Origin: Lingula anatina
Taxonomy: Eukaryota; Animalia; Brachiopoda
DNA length: 64,000 bases
Direction: 5' to 3'
Assembly (NCBI GenBank): GCA_051362555.1
Contig: CM120642.1
Coordinates: forward strand, 34,100,001-34,164,000
Shown here: one piece after another, positions 26,051 through 37,924 of the stretch
Numbering within the stretch: the first letter of the stretch is position 1
Layout: each line of letters begins with the position of its first letter
The notes under the pieces: model-generated
Told to the model about the DNA's origin: nothing
The model's database searches: none
Seen by the model: the letters and a program-made list of their open reading frames with translations, nothing else
Position numbers and translations under genes: made by a program

Positions 26051-27794
26051 AAAAGTACAGGTTAAAACAATAAAAAGAATTGTGCAACAATTAGTTGGAA
26101 GTTACTAAACCATTTCATTCCATTTTCCAAGAATTTCTTTTTAGATATATTTTATCTCTATTATTTAGCTCGAAGGTATTAAGGTTTTTTTAGGGAAGTG
26201 ATTTCAGAACACGGGGGGGATCTCCTGGTGCTTTTGAGTAATTAAACATCAACTTTAATGGCAAAACAAACCATTTAGCAAGCATGCAAAACAAAGCAAA
26301 ACAAAGGGTCTATCCCAATAAGAAAAATTGAGAAACTTGGGCAGCAAGGTAACACCAAATTTTCTCAAAGAGAATATGGCAAATTCAAAATAAACAAGTA
26401 TGCCAGCAAAGTTTGCAAGGCAGGGGATGTCAACATTTTATTAACATAATTGAATAGTACACGAAGCTCTACTATGACAAGATTTGAAATCATATAATTA
26501 ATTACTTGGATTACTTAGTATATTTTTTTTTGACCCGGTGATGGATAAAGGAAAATTAAAAATTATCTTTACATGATATTTTTCATTAAACGAAACACGT
26601 TCATGAGAAGAGGGATTTGAACATTTGTGATCAATACAATACCATCCCAAACTATTTAGCAAATTTCAGTGAGAGTCGCAATCTTTAAACTATCTGTATT
26701 TGGTGCTTAATTTCATTATAGTATAAAACTATTTTAGAAATAGAAACATATTTATCAAAGTACGATTGCAAGTACAAATTATTCTTGCAGGTATTTCTAA
26801 AATATTTTGAATACATTTTTTCTGGGTTTAAAAAGAATATTGCCCAAATTAGATTTACTTGGGCACATAACAATTTTCGGCACATTAACAAAATCTTAAA
26901 CTATTTCAAGTTAAATAAGGTAACACCGACATAAATAGCAAGAGCAATAGTGATATATTAATTAAACTTTACAGATAATTTTGAATGCGTTCAACAAGTT
27001 GTTACATGGCTAGCGGATCAATCATTTCTCTTATTATCATTACCATTTTAATACTTCATATCAAAATAAACAACCACAGAGAAATGCGTTTATTCAGTTT
27101 TAAGATAATAATGTGCATATAAGAGCGTCGTGTTCCAGAATCCAAACAAAAGACTGGGTTACTTGCAGGTGCCATTTATGGAGTAAGTCGGAAAATGTGG
27201 TTGTAGCGGACCACGAGTAAATGAAGCAACACCATTGGATAATACTGCCGTTTATTCACGCAGTGTGAACAGAACTGAACAGAATCTGAACAGAAACTGG
27301 ACAAAAACTGAACAGAAACTGGACAAAAACTGGTGAAAACTATAAAAAGAAAAGAAAAAGAAAAAATAATAATAACAAAACAGTGAAATAATGAGATAAA
27401 TAAACTAAATATACTAAACTTAATTCATGAGATCTTAACAACAAATAATTGGTCTTTACATGCGTGTAAGTTTTCTCTAATTATTTATTATTTAATTTTA
27501 AAAAACACTCACACTAAAACAATATCCAGACTCGCTTTCTCCGCTGCTAAAATGGCTGCTCAGATACGGCCATGATAATCTAGCTGAGCTGGTACTGTAA
27601 TTTTATTTGATAACATAAATATACATGTGCGTGTTGCTCATGAAAATGCCACACCCATACTAACATAAACTTTAATAAACACGATGCTCATAACTTATGT
27701 TACTGATTAAACTTAAGTAAACTTATGTAAACTTTTGTAAACTACACAAAATATCTCTATATAAGTGAATTACACTTTATTAAACACATAAATT

Positions 27795-28521
27795 TTACAC
27801 AATCTGCACGTAATATCGTAACATACCTCCACTCTGCCAATAAGTATATAAATGACCACGCAGAGTACATGCAACATCGGCTTTTATACAGTTGATCACA
27901 TGACCAGATGAATAGATGTTACTAATTATTGAGCAGTGTTTTAGTTTCTTCTCTAACGCAATATAAATAAACATAAGAACAGCGTGGAAAATATAAAATA
28001 AAAATGATAACGTATATAATTTCTGCCGTGTCGGCAACAGTGGTGCATCTGAAATACGAAAAAAAATTAGTATTGATACTTGCGTATGATATATATATAA
28101 GGTTTATACTTATAATTGAAATCCTTTACATCTTGTTGACATTTCTGAAAGTTTCAGAAAAAGGTTTGGCTCGCGCACCTTAGATAATGGTATGAAATTA
28201 ATGCATGTGTCTAATTTACGATGGTCGTCAAGCTATTGCACTAAAAAATGAATTTAATAATACCGGGTATACATATATAACATGTCTTGATATTGTTAGC
28301 ATTGTAATCTATGGACAACATGAGGCACATTGCATGCAGACGGTTCAACCTCCACGTACAATAATATTCTTTTTAGTTAGCATTAAACTTAGTGCATTGA
28401 GAAACCGTGTGTGTGCGCGTGTGCGCTAGTGTGTTGAAATATCTAATGAGTACTTACCTGAAAAAATCCCGACTGCTTGTCCATCTACAGCAGAAAACAG
28501 CTTACGTTTCACGCCATTCAT
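27795..28521 (-). CDS. Possible small spliced ORF (105 aa, one hydrophobic segment) or spliced lncRNA, divergent from the ZNF gene
   Basis: ttttag|ATG...TCAG|gtaagt (28521-28458) joins in frame to tttcag|28048-27795 (stop); another exon-like segment at 29009-28958. No recognisable homology. Confidence 0.25.
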
Positions 28522-29170
28522 CTAAAAGAAACATTAAAAAGTATTAAATAACTGCGAACTACATACGTCTTTACAAGTAAATGGGGAACACATTTTTGTA
28601 TCAAAACTCTGTATTAAAGACCACTATAATCTTCATTCGTCATATTCATTGCGATCATGCTACCCACATTAATTCTCATTCAGTTGTCTAGGGTCAAATT
28701 TTTTTTTTCAAAACGATAGTAAGTTCACGGTGCTAAAAGATTTCAAATAAATTTTAATGTAACTCAACGTTCAGCTGTGTGTATTGATTTTTCTGCATGC
28801 ATTCTGATATATGACATAGCAAAGACGTGTTATAAACATTTGACTAAACTAACGCGCTTCTAGTGTTTATTACAAAGATAATTGTAGGGGCCTACATATA
28901 ATGATACTTGATATATTTTCTTCTACGCCTAATAAAAGTTTGAACTTACAACTGTACCTTGCATATCCTGCGTCTTCACTTTACGGTGTCCAACTGTCAA
29001 GTGACCAGTCTAGAAAATAACTCATGCTGCGATGAGTGACTTATTGTTATGTAAATATCAACAGGTAGGGTTCAATATAGGTGAGGGGTCGTGGCTCAAA
29101 CCATTCTCACGAGAAAAAGCAAATGTAGATAATCTGATTGCTTCTTAGAAAAAATAACTGTACTCCCTTA

Positions 29171-29393
29171 GGGCCCCTTTACACTGGACGGCGTCCTTTC
29201 TGCGTCCAGCAGTACGGCCCCATTTGAGAGTTAAAAAATTATAATACTTTACGTGCCGACAACTGGCCGATCATTGAGCATCCATTCTGATACAAAATTA
29301 ATGCTCGTGCTTCCTTATTAAGACCACAGCGATGCCAAATTTCATGGTCGCAGAGAGGACGCAGAAAGGACGCCGTCCAGTGTAAAGGGGGTA
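29171..29393. mobile_element. PIF/Harbinger MITE, 223 bp
   Basis: 34-bp perfect inverted repeat 29174-29207 / 29357-29390; TTA at 29168-29170 and 29394-29396. Confidence 0.88.
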
Positions 29394-29889
29394 TTAGATG
29401 TTTGATGTATTCAGACGTTCTTACACTATAGATATTACACATTAGATATTGAACCCATTCTTCTATAACTGTAGTCTAACACTTGATTAAACCTACACGT
29501 TTGCTTTGCAAACGTTTCAAATGTCTGGGGTAAGTAAGTAAAAAAGTAAAAGCCGACCATCGCCCCCTTGGTGTGGGGTTCGGGGCCTGCTCAAGGGCCC
29601 CGAAAAATTTTAGGTATTTCAGAGAGAAAAGAGCGTCCTTTGGTACGGGATATAGCTGTGAGCTAGCTAGTCAAAATTCTAATTTCAAGAGGGGAATATT
29701 GGTGTGATATATTTTTACCCCCCTGACCCCCCCTCCCCCATCCTCCGTTTAAACCCGCCACTGATGAAGTACAGAATTACAACAGGCTTTCAATTTGCAT
29801 TCTATGTGTAAGAAAATGACAATGAAGCCATATTGGTTTCTTGCTCAAAATTCTAATTAAAGCGGTACTTAAAAACCTTTGACCTAAGA

Positions 29890-30186
29890 AGACGTCTTGG
29901 TCTGAAGTGACATACGGCGGCCATCTTGTGGCCTGATGTGACATGTCTCTAGGCTCTAGTCAGCGTTCAATTTTAATGGCACTGGCGTTAGGCCGTTTAG
30001 TTAGGTTCAGTCGCAAGTTTTAATTTGTGCATTTCGGAAATGATAAATCCCGAATAGTCTTTCATACGTATGTTGTTAGTGCATATTGACCTCATCTTAA
30101 TAACGTGTATTAAATTGATCTCAAAGACAGAAAGAAGTCGACAAGCAACAACTGACAAACTGGACGCCATCCTGTCGTGAAGCGCC
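29890..30186 (+). promoter_or_regulatory. Probable promoter/5' UTR of the ZNF gene with a YY1-like motif
   Basis: Locally CpG-richer; gcggccatctt at about 29918-29928 matches the YY1 core; Kozak-like gcgccATGg at 30187. Confidence 0.4.
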
Positions 30187-33100
30187 ATGGAAGGCTTAAT
30201 GACGCTGGATCTTGTTCTTCCCAGACGACTCACCAAACTCTGCGTCGCTACTAAGCAGGAGCACCAGTTTCGGTGGCACAGTAAGAAAAGTAAGTCGGTA
30301 TCGACATCTTAAACAGAGATCTAGAACTTGGAGAACATGTTCATATCACTCGGTCATAAATTTGGTAGATTAAAGAACGTTGTTGCAGAGGAATCTGCCG
30401 AATATGTACATGTATTATAGATATCAATGCTGTTCATAATACCACAATGGAGTAATGTTATATAGTATATTAATATGTAATATTTAGTCTAATAAAAACT
30501 GTCAGTGCAAATAAAACATTAAGCACAGTCCTCTTGATGTATTTCTATATACACTTTCTATAACCAAAGCTTTGGCACTACTTGAGGCAGTGTTTTCATT
30601 TTAACCTAGCTCTCTGATTTTACACAGGCACGCATGCACATACACACGCACACGCACGCACACACACACACACACACACTCTTGCTCCCTTTGTATAATT
30701 GCACCCCTTCAATTTACCAGCAAAATTTTCTAAAGGTACACCCATTTCTGCTCATTTATAATGTTGATTTTAAATCCAGTAACATTCATATTCTAGGCAG
30801 TGGTAACTTACACATAGTGGGTCGAGACAAAGATACAGTACGTCTAGAGTTCACAGGTAAGTTGTTCATGAACAGGTACAGTACATCTCGAGTTCACAGG
30901 TAAGTTCTTCATGAACAGGTACAGTATCTCTAGAGTTCACAGGTAAGTTGTTTATGAACAGGTACAGTACACAGCGCAATACCCTTTAGAAAATGACATT
31001 ATCTGCTTGCAAGTAAACTCAGGAAAAGTTTAATGTCAATAATATCAGGTGATATAAAAGAGGATTAGGCCATAAATATCATTGATCCAACTTTATTAAT
31101 TGGTATGATTTGTTTACTAGTACCGTTGCCCCCCCCCTCCCCCCCATATTGTCAAGAAGAGCCATTCCTTATATCTTCTTGAGTGGGGAATATGGTAGAC
31201 AGCCTGACTGATTTGTCAACTTGGATCAACAGTATTATTTACCTAGTATTAAAGTTCTCTATTTATATCATCCTGTTATTTCTTGTGAATGACTGTTACC
31301 TGTGTTTACTTTTGTCTAGAGTCATATTGCGCTGTATTGCAGTGTACTGTGCATTTAAGGTAGACCCCATCTTTTCATTGATGAAAGGCCCACCTGTTCT
31401 TCCCCTGACTGAAAGTTCTCTGTACATATAAGGTTCTTAGTTTCAGTAAAACAATTCCAAGTTAGAAGTGATATATCTTAGAAATATTGATACAGTGTAT
31501 GTCATTTACTTATCACATTATGATTTGTTTGTTTTGTAGAAAGTTGTAAGAGTGAAAATTTTGGTAGAGAATACTGTCAATATTGTTGTTCACAATAGTT
31601 GTTATAATTGCCATAATAATATGTTGACCAGTCATTTTCTGTAATGTTCCATGGCAGATATATTTTCATACAATTTGAACTTTTTTTTTCAGGTTACAAC
31701 TTCCTTGAGGTGAAAGAAAACATCATTAGTTGTGTTATAGACAGCATAACAAAGAAAAGAAATGAAACAGATCAAGAACATCAGGAAAAAGTGAAGCCAA
31801 AAAAGAACAATCAACCAGCCAGTGATGAAGTGAATATTAGGACAGAGACAACAGAAGGTGCAGTACAGGAGAACATGGTGGATACTAAGACAAGTGTCAC
31901 AGTCACAACCAGTGGGATACCTAGTGTAGACACAGTAACCCCTACATGGAGGAGATCTTCTAGACGTGTCAAACCAAACGTCAAAGAAGAATTCCTGTAT
32001 GATAGTTTGAAAGACCTTAAAGCAAACAAGAAACTGGTCATATCAGATGAGCCTGACACAACAGAGAGCCTGGAGCTTGAAGATGAAGCTGTGAGCAAAG
32101 ATTTCCCAGTTGATATCTCATCAAAGAAAGTTCCTTGTAAAGTGTGCAAGGTCTCTGTGAGTAACTTACGCATGCACATGTTGAGCAGACATATCACTCT
32201 GTGTCCAAACTGTAAGAGAGAAATCAAAAAGAAAGACTTCAAGGATCATCTAAAGACCAGCCACCCAGGCCTGGTGCTTACTGAGCTGTGTCCAGTGTGT
32301 ATGAAACCTTTTAAGAGCCTCAAGAAACACATCACTGCCAAACATAGTGGAAGACTTCATCACGATCACGTTTGCAAACAGTGTGGCTATGCTACGTATG
32401 ACAGACATGCACTGAGAAACCATATCCTGCACGTCCACCACAACGTGCGCATGTTTAGCTGCAGCTCTTGCAGCCAGACATTTAAAACAAAGCAGGTCCT
32501 GAAGCAGCACACACGGATTGTGCATGAAGGAGTCAGAGATTTCCAGTGTCATGTTTGTATGAAAAAATTCACCAAGAAATACCATCTCGATGTCCATACC
32601 AGAACACACATGGGTAAGGTTGACTTGGAGACACCCCCCACCCTCTGCTTGAAAATTCACCCCAAGACAAACCTGCCTGCCTCCTCCCATCCCACCCTCC
32701 TTGCTCCTCCCTGCCTCCTCCCACCTCACCCTCCTTGCTCCTCCCTGCCTCCTCCCACCCCACCCTACCCTACCCTCCTTGCTCCTCCCTGCCCCCTCCC
32801 ACCTCACCCTCCTTGCTCCTCCCTGCCTCCTCCCACCCCACCCTCCTTGCTCCTCCCTGCCTCCTCCCACCCCACCCTCCTTGCTCCTCCCTGCCCCCTC
32901 CCACCCCACCCTCCTTGCTCCTCCCTGCCTCCTCCCACCCCACCTTCCTTGCTCCTCCCTGCCTCCAATATGTTGCATAAATTGGGTATTTCTTCAACAA
33001 GCTCTTAGAATCATTTTTCCCTTGTATAACATATCTTAAGGCGTCTGGAGTTTGTGGAATATGTCTCATTTCTTTATGATCTGGAATTTTAAATATATTA

Positions 33101-34685
33101 AGTGCATGACTCTTATTGACTTTCCAGGTGAGAAGCCTTACCTGTGTAGCTACTGCCCACGCCAGTTTACTGACAAGGCTAATCTGGACGTCCACACAGA
33201 GACTGTCCATCTCAAGGTATAGTGTCTTATTACTGGCTCTTTTTAAACAGAGACTGTCCATCTCAAGGTATAGTGTCTTACTACTTTTAAAGGCTATGAA
33301 TACCTTCTTCCTTCTCATTTTGCTGTTATGTAGTATTAAACAGAAGTGACAATTTCAGATATCACATTTATCATTGAATGTGTGACATACCTACTTCTTA
33401 TCAGCATTTAAAAGTAATTGAAAACTTCTGTCCCACAGCTAGGATTAAACTTTCCATATTTGTTGTTCAGGTGTATTCCTACCAGTGCAGTGTGTGTGAT
33501 CAGTTATTCAGGAGGAAGAAGTATCTGGTAGAACATATCAGAGGATCTCACCCCAATGCAGAGAAACTATTGCAGCAAGGTGTAGGAAAACTAACCCAGC
33601 CCAAGTCCAAGCCAGTGTGTCAGCAGTCCCAAGGGAAAGACACCAAGAAATATGGCTTCACTCCTCAGAGCTTCCAGATAGAAGTTGGCCAAGAAGTCAG
33701 TCAGCAGGTGGCTGAAGCAGGGATAACAAATAGGAACTTGGCTCCTTCAAGTTTCAAGCTGGAAGTTGCTGAAGCCATGCTGAATATCAACCCAGTTGAG
33801 AGGCAGCCAAGTCGATACTTGGTCCACTTACCAGGCGGGAAGAGACTAGTGCTGTCCCCTGCTGGCACCGCAGTGAATCGAGTCCAACAGCAACATCAGC
33901 AGATTAATATCAATGTGAACAATGGAAGGGTGGAGAGCGTGACAGAGGAAACCCAGAATTTGGTGGAGGCAACAGAGAATGCAGTAGAGGTGACGCAGAA
34001 TGTGACGGATGAGACCAGTGGGACACAATTAGCCACCCAGTCTCAGCAAACTGCACAAGAGATCAGCATATTAGAACTGGTGCAGCAGGTGGTTCATAGC
34101 ACAGGGAACTGGACTGTAGGGGGCGCTGGGAACCATGGGGAGAGCATTGCTGTTGAAGTGCCTTACAGTAGTGACACACAACATGAGGAGACAACCAAGA
34201 CACAGCATGTAGAATGTGATAACACAGGTAGTGAAGGAGGTCAGGTTATGGAGAGCAGACATGTTAATGTGGGAGACACACAGAACTTTGAGTTGTGTAT
34301 TGGCAGTGGAGAGACAGGAGCTCATCAACAACGTTGTATTGACACTCGTGGTACACTACAGGAAAATCTGCATGTTGACTCTCAGGTTGAAGTTCAGGAA
34401 CAGAACATAGAGGAGCACATTGAATCTCAGGCCATGATGCAAAGGCTTTCTTCACAAGAACAGCCTGGTGGGAAATCTGAAACAGTTGTTTGTTACTCAG
34501 ACAGTTCTTCTGAACAACAGCAGACAATACCAGAGATAGTGTCAGAGTCGTCTGATCATCTTGAACATTTTAGCTCACATGGAGATTCCGTAATTGTTGT
34601 TCCAGAACAAAATGGACAGGAGATCACACTGACGGCTGAGGGGTATACCTTTGTGACAAATAATACTAATGAACAAACTCTTTGA
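30187..34685 (+). CDS. C2H2 zinc-finger protein, 8 fingers, Q/E-rich C-terminal tail, about 795 aa, 5 exons
   Basis: Exons 30187-30289, 30797-30856, 31693-32613, 33128-33216, 33471-34685, all GT-AG and phase-compatible (2388 nt). CxxC..H..H fingers and an HMG|EKPY linker across intron 3. The first two exons are less certain. Confidence 0.88.
30834..30970 (+). repeat. 43-bp tandem repeat of the ZNF exon 2 end plus donor site, 3 donors
   Basis: gagttcacag|gtaagt at 30857, 30900, 30943. Confidence 0.92.
32672..32967. repeat. C-rich polypyrimidine minisatellite (about 33 bp x 9) in ZNF intron 3
   Basis: Unit ccctccttgctcctccctgcctcctcccaccyca. Confidence 0.92.
33196..33285 (+). repeat. 51-bp duplication of the ZNF exon 4 end plus donor site, 2 donors
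   Basis: acagagactgtccatctcaag|gtatagtgtctta at 33217 and 33268. Confidence 0.9.
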
Positions 34686-35983
34686 AGACAGGAGATTTGG
34701 GGGGGGGGGTATTTTTGTTACACACCTGTCACACCTCACAGAAATAAGGACCTAATGCTATCTGAAGGACACCCCTCAGTACACATCAGGTAGTCCTGAT
34801 CAGTCGGTGGAAGGTCCATTATTCGTGTGTGTAAAGTGTGTGTGTGTTTGGGAGGGGGGGGGGGGGGGGAGTTACTTTACACTTAGTTTTCTTCAGGTCC
34901 GTTTTTTTAGGTAAGTCTTTTATTGGTAAAAGGTTGCCAAATGGCCAAACAAATGAAATTCAATATCTCTTGATTTGAACCAGTTGCTCCAGTATTATGC
35001 TATCATCTTAGTTCAACATATGCATTAACTGATATCAGAGAAAGTTTGTCGTGTGCTTGGAGGATTTCATGCAGTGTTGTTTGACTATAAGAAAATTACA
35101 TAAGTGACTGTTTTGTAGGATTAGTGAAAACATATTCACTTAATTTGTGGTGTACATTTTAAAGAGGCACATGGTCACATCATTAGTGTGAAGTAATTTT
35201 GAAGATTGGGTCCATAGTTTTGAAACCTTCGAGTGGATTGAAATATTTCCTGAAAACCCTTTTTACTATGCCTGTAAAATTTTGTGGATTAAAAAAATAG
35301 TGGTTATAAACATTTGTAGCTCATTTGTATATAATTTTTGAGCAGTCAAAGAAGGCCTTTTGTAATAAAGATATGTTACAAGTAGAACTTTTACTTCTCA
35401 TGTTTGTGGTGTACCGTTCATTCTAATGTTATCTACCATGGATATTTGAAATGAAACTGACAAAAAAGTCAGGAAAACAACAACGTTTTATACTTTTAAT
35501 TTATTTTTACATCAATTTGAAGTTGTACAGTTAAATGCCTTACACAATATCAAACCCAACGAAATGCAGCCCTTTCTCTTATCCTACTCCATTTTCTAAT
35601 GTACTTTCTAGAATAATCATTATAATGTTCTTTCTAGAATAATCTTGTAAATGGCATATTGTCTAATTCTACAATGTAGCTTAACCTTTGAAAGGCAGAT
35701 GCAAAGATCAGGCCTTGATAATAACATTTTATTTGAGCATTCTTAGCATTATGCAACTCTTGTCTAATCTAAGATACATGTATATCTTACTAATGTTTTG
35801 AGGACCACAATTGGGGAACAGGGAACCTACTGCCTGTATAACACCGGTATTATTTTCTCATCTCATACGGGATGTTAACCGAAAAAAAAAGCTTTTTAAT
35901 TATAAAGGTCTGAACATGCAAATGTATGATAGATCGTGTTGGCACATAAAATGATCACAATTCTGATACCTGGGCACCAGTCA

Positions 35984-36724
35984 CACCCAGACACAGAAGA
36001 CAAAACCATTATTCCTGTTCTTCTCTCACACAACAGGGAGCACCCAGACACAGAAGACGAAACCATTGTTCCTGTTATTCTCTCACACAAGGAGCACCCA
36101 GACACAGAAGACAAAACCATTGTTCCTGTTCTTCTCTCACACAACAGGGAGCACCCAGACACAGAAGACAAAACTATTATTCCTGTTCTTCTCTCACACA
36201 ACAGGGAGCACCCAGACACAGAAGACAAAACTAGTATTCCTGTTCGTTTCTCACACAACAGGGAGCACCCAGACACAGAAGACAAAACTAGTATTCCTGT
36301 TCGTTTCTCACACAACAGGGAGCACCCAGACACAGAAGACAAAACTAGTATTCCTGTTCTTCTCTCACACAACAAGGAGCACCCAGACACAGAAGACAAA
36401 ACCATTGTTCCTGTTCTTCTCTCACACAACAAGGAGCACCCAGACACAGAAGACAAAACCATTGTTCCTGTTCTTCTCTCACACAACAGGGAGCACCCAG
36501 ACACAGAAGACAAAACTTATTCCTGTTCTTCTCTCACACAACAGGGAACACCCAGACACAGAAGACAAAACTAGTATTCCTGTTATTCTCTCACACAACA
36601 GGGAGCACCCAGACACAGAAGACAAAACTATTATTCCTGTTATTCTCTCACACAACAGGGAGCACCCAGACACAGAAGACAAAACTATTATTCCTGTTAT
36701 TCTCTCACACAACAGGGAGCACCA
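35984..36724. repeat. 57-bp minisatellite, about 13 copies, between the convergent ZNF and ATP10-like genes
   Basis: Unit cacccagacacagaagacaaaac(c/t)a(t/g)t(a/g)ttcctgttcttctctcacacaacagggag. Confidence 0.95.
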
Positions 36725-37924
36725 TGTGGTGAAGCACAGCCATAACAAGTGGCCATAATCTGTGAACATTGCAGCATGCTGATACTTACTTCTCACCTCT
36801 ACTCTACTCTGCTCTTGAACTTTACCAAGGCATACTGCACAAGGTATAAAATACACCTAAACTCACTGTGACATGCTTGTTACATAAAATGAAGAATGAG
36901 ACGCATATAAATATGTTACTTATGGCAGTGACATAAAACTTGTACATTATGGCGGCCACACTTAACTTGGATAATATATTAAGTACACATGATAAAGCAT
37001 CAAAAATACCATAGTATATAATTATGACAAAGCACCTTGATTATTAATTGCTTAATTTAATGCTTTTGACAGTATTCTTGCCACCAGCATGGCACCGTGG
37101 TTAGGCCTGGATCCCAACAGAATGGTGCCGTTGTCAGACTTGGAGCACACCATCGTCAGGATGAGACAGCAGTCTCTCTCAAGAGCACCTTTACATGTCA
37201 AAGGTAATGCCTAAAACCCATAACAACCAGAGTCCAGGTCTATGGCCATATGCTAAAAGGCCATAATCTATGAAATGAAAACATAAAATAAAACCAGGGA
37301 ACTTTGTTACATGGCATTTTCAATATTCTTACACATAAGAAATCTCGCCTTAACCTTGTATGTAATAAAACAGGTTCTGAAATATATTTTAATGCTGTGT
37401 TTTACTTTTGATTGCAAAAATCAAATTAAATTCATAGTTTTGGGGTATTTACCCTAAAATAAAGTTATATTTGTGACCATGTGAAATGCATATAAAATGT
37501 AACACCTGATATTTGTTTTATAAAAATGCAATTTGTCATCATAAAAATAACAAAAGATATAAATATAACAAATAAGTTAAACTAAACATTCCTCGACAAG
37601 AGAAGGCATGATTTATCACCAAGGCAATTCTCAACTACTGTGCATATTATTATCTTCATGTAAAGAGCCTATCACTTTTCTGCATAAGTAATATTAAGCT
37701 TATCCAAGAGTCACAATTTATTTGGCTTCATTTGCTACTGAGCTGTGTTCAGTAAATTGTATGATATACGTTGTTTGAATTAAACCACACTCGTTGTCTG
37801 TTATTTTATAAAGACCCCCACCTTACATGAGCAGCCTTACAAATGCAGCACCCCACAAGGAAGCAGGCCACTCTCAATCCAACATCACCATGACATTTGC
37901 CACCATGAACTGTGCGTACAGTGT

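Noticed and set aside
32250-33318. Pro-rich and Gly/Arg-rich ORFs, and the Pro-rich tail of ORF 31644-33008
   Set aside because: Read-through into an intronic C-rich minisatellite; splicing at 32613/33128 restores the HMGEKPY linker.
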